DNA of 42,719 nucleotides from an uncultured Gammaproteobacteria bacterium (GTDB lineage: Bacteria > Patescibacteriota > Patescibacteriia > 2-01-FULL-39-33): contig CAYLUK010000002.1 of NCBI GenBank assembly GCA_964386875.1, forward strand, positions 1 to 42,719, written 5' to 3'. Positions 17,430 to 24,648 of the stretch are shown here, piece after piece. Each line of letters starts with the position of its first letter. The stretch's first letter is position 1. Under the pieces are notes generated by a model. The model did not search any database. It had not been told where the DNA came from and saw only the letters and a list, made by a program, of their open reading frames with translations. The position numbers were made by a program, and so were the translations under genes.

Positions 17430-18833
17430 TTACTCCGCGTTTCGGTGCCTCAACACAGCCAGTGGGGTCTTGAGCAAGATCATCAGATCAAGCTTAGGAC
17501 TCCAATTTTCCATATACCAAGTATCTAAACGTATTTCCTCCTCAAAGTCAAGGTCACTCCGGCCTGACACCTGTGCCATGCCAGTAATCCCTGGACGAAT
17601 AGTCAATACTTTTCGATGATGATTTTGATACTTCTCCACTTCTTCTATCTCGTGAGGCCGAGGGCCGACCAGACTCATCTTACCACCCAGAACATTAAAT
17701 AACTCTGGCAACTCATCAATACTGATTTTTCTGATAATTTTGCCAACTCGCGTAATGCGAGGATCATCTTTAAACTTCATCATCGGCGTATCAGCCCGCA
17801 AATTTTGATTAGACTTTAGAAATTTCTGATCAAACCGATACTTATGTGCGTCGCTAATCATGGATCGAAATTTAAAATAGGTAAATGGCTTGCCAAATAC
17901 ACCAATCCGTTTGTAAACAAAAAACAACGATCCGCGTGAATCAAACTTAACTAGTAACGCGGTAATAATAAAAACCGGCGATAAAATAATAATCAAAATA
18001 ATTGACCCAATAATATCAAAAAATCTTTTGTAAATTCGACCCCAGCCGTCAAGCCGAGTCTTTTTAACTTCAATAATCGGCAATCCACTGATAGTGTTGA
18101 ATTCAAAATTAACAATTGGAAAATCAAATATATCAGCTACAAATTTTAGCGTGATATGATTGATATAAGAAAAATCATTTAGCCGATCAAGCTGGTTGCC
18201 AGATAAACTCGAATTGACTACCAGCACATCGTCAAATTTATCACTCTTGACCATCTTGGTCATCTCCTGCTCCACATTTTGGCTAAACTCGTCAAACTTC
18301 TTAACGACCTTATAGCCGGCTTTAATGTTTTGTTTGAATGAATTTATCACTTCATCGCCCAGATTACTATTGCCAATAATCACCACCCGATGAACACCAA
18401 ACCCATACTTATATAAATAATGCTGAACAAACCTAACCACTCCCCGGCCAGTAATCACAAAAACAATACTAAACAGCCAAACTGCGATGATGATAAACCG
18501 AGAATCAAATAAATTCCGAGAAAAGAAAAAGATAAACATTAGTGCTGCCACCGCCGTTGAACAGCTTAAAATGATTTTTGTTATCTCGTCAATGTTACGC
18601 CGAGTACCGCGCATTGAATATAATCCTGCCACCGCAAAGCTTACAATCCAAATTAAAGCAATCAACCAAACCAGATCAAAATAAGTATTAAAATCCAAAT
18701 CAAAAATCACCGGCCGGACATCTTTGATCGGTTGCCAAAGTCTAATAAAATAAGCGACAATGCCAGCCAAAACAACCATTAAGTAATCAATAGGGACGAG
18801 GCTGGCTGAAATTGCTATCTCTGATCTTTTCAT
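17430..18833 (-). CDS. Polyprenyl-phosphate glycosyl-1-phosphate transferase (bacterial sugar transferase, WbaP/EpsL-like)
   Basis: N-terminal TM helices are followed by a C-terminal catalytic domain: [22 protein letters not shown]...FKFRSM...[23 protein letters not shown]...[10 protein letters not shown]. Confidence 0.85.
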   Translation of the reverse strand: MKRSEIAISASLVPIDYLMVVLAGIVAYFIRLWQPIKDVRPVIFDLDFNTYFDLVWLIALIWIVSFAVAGLYSMRGTRRNIDEITKIILSCSTAVAALMFIFFFSRNLFDSRFIIIAVWLFSIVFVITGRGVVRFVQHYLYKYGFGVHRVVIIGNSNLGDEVINSFKQNIKAGYKVVKKFDEFSQNVEQEMTKMVKSDKFDDVLVVNSSLSGNQLDRLNDFSYINHITLKFVADIFDFPIVNFEFNTISGLPIIEVKKTRLDGWGRIYKRFFDIIGSIILIIILSPVFIITALLVKFDSRGSLFFVYKRIGVFGKPFTYFKFRSMISDAHKYRFDQKFLKSNQNLRADTPMMKFKDDPRITRVGKIIRKISIDELPELFNVLGGKMSLVGPRPHEIEEVEKYQNHHRKVLTIRPGITGMAQVSGRSDLDFEEEIRLDTWYMENWSPKLDLMILLKTPLAVLRHRNAE

Positions 18834-18961
18834 AATACTCCTATATTTACAAATCTATTCACAAATATACAAATATTTATATCTAACTTTATTTTAACTA
18901 ATAATCATAACATAATCCACTATTTTAGTCAATTAATCTGCTTGACATTAACCAATCGTGC

Positions 18962-18990
18962 TTGACAATTGGCTTTTTTTGTGATAGTAT
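18962..18990 (+). promoter_or_regulatory. Promoter of RNase P RNA
   Basis: It reads TTGACA (18962-18967), a 17-nt spacer, then TAGTAT (18985-18990). The predicted start coincides with the 5' strand of helix P1. A second GCTTGACA lies at 18940-18947. Confidence 0.6.
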
Positions 18991-18996
18991 AGATAT

Positions 18997-19458
18997 TGTC
19001 CATGCAAATTGGATGATCGCCCAGCCCCAGTTTAAAAAACTGAAGCGGGGAGGAAAGTCCGAACACCTCTTGATGCAAATCAAGGTCGCGGTAATGGGTA
19101 ACACCCATCCTTTGGCTGGCGACAGTCAAAGAGGACCAGTTCCACAGAGACTATACTATCCAACTCCGGTTTTATTATTAAAGTATTCAATTAAAAACTT
19201 TAATAATAAAACCGGAGTTGGAGAAAGGTGAAAAGTGTTATAGTGTTTTAGAGTGAGCACGGGATATCCCCTCAAACTAAAGCTATATGACTCGGCCTCT
19301 GGCAACAGAGTGTTTGTGGTAAACTCTACCTGGTGCAATCCCAAAAACAGTGGGGAGCATGAGCTAGTCAGTAATGACTGGCCTAGATAGATGATCATCG
19401 TTTTATCTTGAGTCTTCAAGATAAAATACAGAATTCGGCTTATAGATTTGCTTGGACA
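18997..19458 (+). ncRNA. rnpB: RNase P RNA, bacterial type A
   Basis: The universally conserved GAGGAAAGTCCGAACAC lies at about 19049-19065. Other matches are ACAGAGA..., AGGTGAAAAGTG and GGCCTAGATAGATGATCATCG...ACAGAATTCGGCTTATAG, all paralleling E. coli M1 RNA. P1 pairs TGTCCATGCAAAT (18997-19009) with ATTTGCTTGGACA (19446-19458). Confidence 0.9.
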
Positions 19459-19466
19459 TATAAAAA

Positions 19467-19491
19467 ACATCTCTTGACGAGGTGTTTTTTG
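19467..19491 (+). terminator. Intrinsic terminator of rnpB
   Basis: The stem pairs ACATCTC (19467-19473) with GAGGTGT (19479-19485) around a TTGAC loop, followed by TTTTTT. Confidence 0.6.
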
Positions 19492-19502
19492 TTTGATATG
19501 AT
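19474..19502 (+). promoter_or_regulatory. Candidate promoter nested in the rnpB terminator
   Basis: It reads TTGACG (19474-19479), a 17-nt spacer, then TATGAT (19497-19502). Confidence 0.5.
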
Positions 19503-19508
19503 ATTTTC

Positions 19509-19685
19509 ACGAGAAGCTGGAAATGGTCCTGCCGGCTTCACGGAGCGTTAGGGACTAGCCACCAGTGAGTTGGGTTGAGCCGGCACAATTTGTTGCTGTC
19601 CTCGACTTGCACCCACCGCCAACTCCCGGAGTTAACCGGAGCTGAGTAGGGGCGACCGAAAGAGCTACTGGTGGCTCTTTTTTTT
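19509..19685 (+). ncRNA. Unidentified ~175-nt structured RNA immediately downstream of rnpB
   Basis: The segment is G+C-rich. A long-range helix pairs AGCCACCAGT (19557-19566) with ACTGGTGGCT (19667-19676). It is stacked on GAGTTGG (19567-19573) paired with CCAACTC (19619-19625). A competing pairing is TGCCGGC (19530-19536) with GCCGGCA (19579-19585). The RNA ends in a T8 run (19678-19685). No plus-strand gene follows. Confidence 0.45.
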
Positions 19686-20298
19686 ATTTGGTAAAAATTC
19701 TTTTTTTAATCACCAACAGTAAAATTGCGCCGATTAAAGTCAAAATTCCGACGACTGTAAATAAAATATTAAAACCAAACTGATCAGCCATAAAGCCACC
19801 TAAAGCGGCGGCGCCAGCCATGCCCAGTCCGGTAATGACATCATACATACTCCACTCAAAAGCTTTTTTATTTTTATCAAGGTGACGAGTAAAAATTGAA
19901 TACCAGCCGGGAAACGCCACGGCCGCGGCAATACCCAAAATAATTTGCAGAGAATACAACTGCCAAACCTGATCAACATAAATATAAGCAAAATAGACCA
20001 GGGCAGTTAAAATTGTCCCCACAATTGAAGTATATAAATCATCTCTCTCCCCTTTTTTTTGATCAATAAAAACTCCAACTGGAATCTCAAAAATTGATTT
20101 TGACAGTAAATATAACGCCGTGGCAATGCCCACGACTTCAATCGTGCCACCAACTATTTTATTAGTGATAAAAATAGCAAAAATCGGCAAAAATAATTGA
20201 AAGGACGACCAGATAATAAAATCAGAAATAATTAAAATTTTGATTACCAAGTTGATTTGGTAATCTCTAAATGATCTAACAATACTTTTTGAATACAT
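19684..20298 (-). CDS. Six-TM membrane protein resembling half of an MFS transporter
   Basis: It is 204 aa with about 6 hydrophobic helices. A charged loop, FIDQKKGERDD, follows helix 2, as in the MFS motif A position. Confidence 0.5.
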   Translation of the reverse strand: MYSKSIVRSFRDYQINLVIKILIISDFIIWSSFQLFLPIFAIFITNKIVGGTIEVVGIATALYLLSKSIFEIPVGVFIDQKKGERDDLYTSIVGTILTALVYFAYIYVDQVWQLYSLQIILGIAAAVAFPGWYSIFTRHLDKNKKAFEWSMYDVITGLGMAGAAALGGFMADQFGFNILFTVVGILTLIGAILLLVIKKRIFTK

Positions 20299-20305
20299 AT
20301 TTTTG

Positions 20306-20707
20306 TTATTTTAATTTTTGGTCAATCGCCTCATTAACCAATTTATCCGCTTCCTTGTTCGCTTCTCGAAAAATGTGTTTGAAAGTCACCTGATCAAAAC
20401 TCTGAATCAAATTCCAAGCTTTGACAAAAAATGACGCCAAATCCTGATTTTTGACTTTGTATTTGTGATTAAGCTGTTTGACTACCAATTCTGAGTCCAG
20501 ATAACAATCCACTTCTCTCACGCCTGCTTTCTTCGCATGTTCAAGCCCCATAATAATCGCCTGATACTCGGCTTGGTTGTTGGTGGCCTCACCAATATAT
20601 TTTTTATAATTATATTTCTGATCGCCGATTTCCAAAACCGCGCCAATCCCAGCTGGCCCGGGATTACCACGCGCTCCCCCGTCAGTATATAATTTCGCTT
20701 TTACCAT
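20306..20707 (-). CDS. rnhA: Ribonuclease HI
   Basis: Motifs are YTDGGARGNPGPAGIG, NNQAEYQAIIMGLEHA, DSELVVKQL and FREANKEADKLVNEA (DEDD catalytic pattern). Length is 133 aa. Confidence 0.85.
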   Translation of the reverse strand: MVKAKLYTDGGARGNPGPAGIGAVLEIGDQKYNYKKYIGEATNNQAEYQAIIMGLEHAKKAGVREVDCYLDSELVVKQLNHKYKVKNQDLASFFVKAWNLIQSFDQVTFKHIFREANKEADKLVNEAIDQKLK

Positions 20708-20750
20708 AAAATTAACTTTTTATTTTAAAAAGATATCTTCAAAATAATTA

Positions 20751-22499
20751 TTAATTACTCACTCTAAGATCTTTAATTTTAAGTTGAAGTTCCCGATTGC
20801 CATTCCACTCATTAACACCAATCTCAAACACTATATCTATTTTATCATTAATCTTCAATTTAGCACACCATTGGCCAAAGCCAAAACCGATGAATTTATG
20901 AACTTTGACATTTCCGTCAGGACTTACCATAATTCGCAAGTGCTTATTATCTTTGCCAACCAGCTGAATCTGCATCACCACCACGCCATAAGCGACAAAC
21001 AACGGTTTAGGATTGGCCTCACCATATGGCTCAAACTTCTCAAGCTCATCCCACAACTCCCAATTAATGTCATTTAAATCAATTTCTGCTTCAATATTAA
21101 GTTGAGGTCGCAAATCAACATATTTTAATTTCTCTTTGGCCAATTTTTTCAGCTTGCTGGCAAACTTAGTAAAATTTTCATCACCCAAAACAGTAAAGCC
21201 ACACGCTTGGGGATGACCGCCATATCGCGTCAAATACTCACCACACTCTGACAAGGCATGAGTGATGTCAAACTCTGGCACGCTCCGGCCCGAACCAGTG
21301 TATTTATTTACCCCGTCGAAGACCTTGGGAGTGCTTTCCTTAACAACAGCCAAAGTCGGACGATGATATTTGTCTGCCAGCCGACCCGCTACCAATCCCA
21401 CCACTCCCACTTGCCAATTATCACCTGTCACAATAAGCAAATAATCATTATCACCAACCTCGCCAATTTGGTTTTGGGCTTCTTTCATCATCTCTTCGGT
21501 TATTTGCTGACGATATCTATTGTTCTGTTCCAATACTGTAACTAATTTTTCTACCTCACCAATATCTCTGGTGGTCAATAAGTCAAAAGCGACCGATGCA
21601 TGCTCAATCCGACCAGCGGCATTTATTCTCGGTACCAAGCGCCAGCCCAAATATTGAGTATCAATATTACCGTGGTTATGATTGGTAGTGGCAATTAGTT
21701 TTAATAGTCCTATTCTTTTGCTCTTTTCTAGTACAGTCAAACCGTATTTGACAATTACCCGATTTTCACTTAAAAGTGGCACAATATCACCTACTGTCGC
21801 AATGGCGACCAAATCCAACAGCCACTTATCAAACCCAGCCGGCAGTTTAATTGGCAAGTCCTCGTTTTCTTGATTGATAATAATGGCTTGAATAAATTTA
21901 AACACCACGCCGGCACCGGCCAATTTAGTAAATGGATAGCCAGAGCTATTCATCGCCGGATCAATAATTGCATAAGCCGGCGGCAATTCAGGTGGCTCCT
22001 GATGATGATCTAGCACAATTACATCAACTCCCTGCTCCTGAAATAATTTTATTTCGGCCATATTAGCAATACCGCAATCAACCGTGATGACCAAATTAAA
22101 ACCTTGATCAATTATCTGGGAAGTTATTTTGGTATTTAAGCCATAACCTTCAGTTTCACGAAATGGAATATAAGTATCCACATTCAAGCCTAAACTTTTT
22201 AAGGTCTCAAATAATATTGCAGTTGAACACACACCATCAGCGTCATAATCACCATAAATCATCACCTTTTCATTATTTTTTGTTGCCCTCATCAACCGAT
22301 CAACCGCTTTTTTCATATCCTTGAACAAATACGGATCCAAAATTTGGGTATCATAATTGGGATTCAAAAAATCATCAATTGTGTCCTGCTCGGTCAAATC
22401 ACGAGTAGATAATAATTGCAATACAATATCATTAATCTCTGGAAATTTATCTTTAAGATCTTGATTTATTGTTGGTTGAATTTGCCATCTTTTAGTCAT
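20751..22499 (-). CDS. recJ: Single-stranded-DNA-specific exonuclease RecJ
   Basis: DHH family motifs are IYGDYDADGVCS, ITVDCGI and VLDHHQ. The DHHA1 motif is YGGHPQACGF. Length is 582 aa. Confidence 0.85.
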   Translation of the reverse strand: MTKRWQIQPTINQDLKDKFPEINDIVLQLLSTRDLTEQDTIDDFLNPNYDTQILDPYLFKDMKKAVDRLMRATKNNEKVMIYGDYDADGVCSTAILFETLKSLGLNVDTYIPFRETEGYGLNTKITSQIIDQGFNLVITVDCGIANMAEIKLFQEQGVDVIVLDHHQEPPELPPAYAIIDPAMNSSGYPFTKLAGAGVVFKFIQAIIINQENEDLPIKLPAGFDKWLLDLVAIATVGDIVPLLSENRVIVKYGLTVLEKSKRIGLLKLIATTNHNHGNIDTQYLGWRLVPRINAAGRIEHASVAFDLLTTRDIGEVEKLVTVLEQNNRYRQQITEEMMKEAQNQIGEVGDNDYLLIVTGDNWQVGVVGLVAGRLADKYHRPTLAVVKESTPKVFDGVNKYTGSGRSVPEFDITHALSECGEYLTRYGGHPQACGFTVLGDENFTKFASKLKKLAKEKLKYVDLRPQLNIEAEIDLNDINWELWDELEKFEPYGEANPKPLFVAYGVVVMQIQLVGKDNKHLRIMVSPDGNVKVHKFIGFGFGQWCAKLKINDKIDIVFEIGVNEWNGNRELQLKIKDLRVSN

Positions 22500-22502
22500 A
22501 AA

Positions 22503-22531
22503 TTGACCATTATACTTTTAATTGATAATAT
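22503..22531 (+). promoter_or_regulatory. Promoter of the 32-aa ORF (leaderless geometry)
   Basis: It reads TTGACC (22503-22508), a 17-nt spacer, then TAATAT (22526-22531). The ATG follows 6 nt later at 22538. Confidence 0.5.
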
Positions 22532-22537
22532 TAAGAT

Positions 22538-22636
22538 ATGAAGAAAAGAAAAATACAACGGATAATTTGGGTTATTTTTGCGTCACTAATGATAGTATCA
22601 ATGGTATTTCTTACTGTTCTACCACTGTTTTATTAA
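22538..22636 (+). CDS. Small membrane peptide (32 aa), hypothetical
   Basis: Translation is MKKRKIQRIIWVIFASLMIVSMVFLTVLPLFY, a basic N-terminus plus one TM helix. It has its own promoter and a downstream terminator. Confidence 0.4.
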   Translation: MKKRKIQRIIWVIFASLMIVSMVFLTVLPLFY

Positions 22637-22643
22637 AATGAAA

Positions 22644-22677
22644 GAACGACGGGATCCCTCGTTGCACTCGGGATGAC
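22644..22677. repeat. Solo half-copy of the GTCAT...ATGAC palindromic element
   Basis: The minus strand reads GTCATCCCGAGTGCAACGAGGGATCCCGTCGTTC. This shares the GTCATCCCGAG terminus and the GGATCCCGT core with copies 1 and 2. Confidence 0.55.
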
Positions 22678-22710
22678 CCAGCCCTTTGCGAGGGGCTGGG
22701 TCACTTTTTT
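22675..22710 (+). terminator. Intrinsic terminator after the small ORF, overlapping the lepA stop
   Basis: The stem pairs GACCCAGCCC (22675-22684) with GGGCTGGGTC (22693-22702), followed by ACTTTTTT. Confidence 0.65.
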
Positions 22711-24518
22711 AATACGGCTAAAAACGCATCTGTCGGAATATCAACTTTACCCAGACCCATCATTTTTTTCTTGCCCTTTTTCTGCTTTTCTAGTAGCTTG
22801 GCTCGCCTACTCCAGTCACCACCATAAAGCTTGGCAGTCACATCTTTACGCATGGCTGATATTCGCTCGGCCGCGATTACCTTGCCACCGACAGCGGCTT
22901 GAATTTTAATCACAAATTGATGACGCGGTAATTCGTCTTTTAAAATATGGACAATCCGCTTGCCGACATGAAAGACTGAATCCTTATAAGTAATGAGCGA
23001 CAGAGCTTCAACTTTTTCCTCCGCCACCAAAATATCCATCTTGACCACCTCCACTTTCTGATAATCATAAAAATCATAGCCCATACTGGCATAACCGGAT
23101 GAAATGGATTTTAATTTGTCATAAAAATCAACAATCAATTGCGTCAGTGGAATATGATAATGTAAAATCGCCAAGTTATTATCAAAATATTCAGTATTCA
23201 AATATGTTCCCCGCTTTTCAGTGGACAACTGCATTATTGATCCGATATACTGACTGGGCGTAAAAATATCTAATTTCATAATTGGCTCCTGGACATAATC
23301 AATCTTGGTCGGATCGGGTAAATCTGTCGGATTATAAATCATCTTAGTTCCGTCACTAGTCGTCACCTTAAAAGCGACGCTCGGGGTAGTCACCACCAAT
23401 TCAAGATCAAATTCTCTTTTTAACCTTTCTTGAAATATTTCCAAATGTAGCAGACCCAAAAATCCGCACCGAAAGCCGAATCCCAACGCTTGAGAATTTT
23501 CCGGTTCATAGCTTAGGGCGGCGTCATTGAGCTTCAACTTTTCAATTGCTTCGCGCAAGTGGTTAAAATCGCTGCCATCCTTACAAAAGATACCGGCATA
23601 CACCATTGGTTTGACTTCGCGAAAACCCGGCAACGGCTCGGACAACTTGCCAACTGACGAAACCGTATCGCCGACTCGGCATTGAGACACATCTCGTTGT
23701 CCTGTCACAATATAGCCGATCTCGCCCGCCGATAGCTTGTCAATTTTACAAAATTTTGGATTAAAATATCCGACCTCAATTACTTCAGTTTCTTTCTTGG
23801 TGGCCAAAAATCTAATTTTATCTCCGGCTCTGACTTCGCCATTGATAATTCTAATATCAGCAATCACTCCTTTGTATTCATTATAGATAGAATCAAATAT
23901 TAAAGCCTGAAGCTTTTTGTCAGCTGATACTTTCGGCGCCGGCACTTTATCAATCACCGCCTTAAGAACATCTTCCACTCCGACTCCGGTCTTGGCTGAT
24001 ACTCTGTAAATATCTGTCGGCTGGCAATTAAGCAAAGAAATAATCTCTTGCGCAATTTTATCCGGCTCGGCATTAGGCAAATCAATCTTATTAATCACCG
24101 GAATAATGGTCAAATCTTGTTCCAGAGCCAAATACAAATTTGCCAAGGTCTGGGCTTGAATGCCTTGGGTGGCGTCAACCAAAAGAATTGCACCTTCCAC
24201 TGCCATTAAACTACGCGAAACCTCATAAGTAAAATCAATGTGACCCGGGGTGTCGATCAGATTTAGAAGAAATTCTGAATCTATAATTTTGGATTTCGAA
24301 TTTTGGATTTCTGACCGATAAATCATCCGCACTGGCTGAAGTTTGATGGTAATCCCCCGCTCCCGTTCAATATCCATCTGATCTAACAACTGTTCTTTCA
24401 TCTCGCGACTACTGACTGTGCCAGTAAGCTCCAACATCCGATCAGCTAAAGTAGACTTACCATGGTCAATATGGGCAATAATACAAAAATTTCTAATGTT
24501 TTTATTTTGATTTGACAT
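22701..24518 (-). CDS. lepA: Elongation factor 4 (LepA)
   Basis: Motifs are NFCIIAHIDHGKSTLADRML, DTPGHIDF and NKIDLP, with a LepA C-terminal region, GGDWSRRAKLLEKQKKGKKKM. I prefer the start at MSNQNKNIRNF (ATG at 24518) over the track start at 24569. Confidence 0.9.
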   Translation of the reverse strand: MSNQNKNIRNFCIIAHIDHGKSTLADRMLELTGTVSSREMKEQLLDQMDIERERGITIKLQPVRMIYRSEIQNSKSKIIDSEFLLNLIDTPGHIDFTYEVSRSLMAVEGAILLVDATQGIQAQTLANLYLALEQDLTIIPVINKIDLPNAEPDKIAQEIISLLNCQPTDIYRVSAKTGVGVEDVLKAVIDKVPAPKVSADKKLQALIFDSIYNEYKGVIADIRIINGEVRAGDKIRFLATKKETEVIEVGYFNPKFCKIDKLSAGEIGYIVTGQRDVSQCRVGDTVSSVGKLSEPLPGFREVKPMVYAGIFCKDGSDFNHLREAIEKLKLNDAALSYEPENSQALGFGFRCGFLGLLHLEIFQERLKREFDLELVVTTPSVAFKVTTSDGTKMIYNPTDLPDPTKIDYVQEPIMKLDIFTPSQYIGSIMQLSTEKRGTYLNTEYFDNNLAILHYHIPLTQLIVDFYDKLKSISSGYASMGYDFYDYQKVEVVKMDILVAEEKVEALSLITYKDSVFHVGKRIVHILKDELPRHQFVIKIQAAVGGKVIAAERISAMRKDVTAKLYGGDWSRRAKLLEKQKKGKKKMMGLGKVDIPTDAFLAVLKK

Positions 24519-24648
24519 AAATAATAAATTATACTCACAAAGTTTACCACCAAAACGATAAAAAATCAACCAGCAATCCCCTTGCCAGTTCTTTTATTTA
24601 AATAACTTCTTCAAAAATAATTAGAAATTAGGTGAATTAGAAATTATT

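Noticed and set aside
17227-17619. A 130-aa plus-strand ORF spans the intergenic region and the 3' end of the sugar transferase gene.
   Set aside because: It runs antisense to a well-supported gene and has no ribosome-binding site or promoter. The minus strand in the same interval holds a better small ORF with AGGAGG.
18929-19470. Three ORFs of 66-104 aa overlap 18929-19470.
   Set aside because: The interval is RNase P RNA, with conserved GAGGAAAGUCCG and ACAGAAUUCGGCUUAU blocks and a P1 pairing. The ORFs are incidental.
13309-19685. I considered assigning the orphan RNAs (13309-13526, 19509-19685, 3969-4058) to SRP RNA, tmRNA or 6S RNA.
   Set aside because: By eye there is no GGAA/GNAR-capped helix with the flanking AGCAGC-type SRP motif. 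There is no tRNA-like acceptor/T-arm or CCA-proximal end for tmRNA. There is no end-to-end rod with a central bubble for 6S RNA. I leave them unidentified rather than guess.
24285-24311. A 13-nt word, AATTTTGGATTTC, is repeated with a 14-nt period inside lepA, which might indicate slippage or a frameshift site.
   Set aside because: There are only two copies and the LepA frame is intact through the region. The repeat falls in the variable loop before LNLIDTPGH. No alternative frame of any length opens.
24519-24569. The ORF track gives N-terminal extensions for lepA (to 24569), the PfkB kinase (to 33861), truB (to 35538) and the 41027 gene.
   Set aside because: The extensions encode implausible hydrophobic or odd leaders (for example MIFYRFGGKLCEYNLLF) ahead of canonical N-termini. 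They also overlap neighbouring promoters. I prefer the internal ATGs, but the starts are not experimentally certain.
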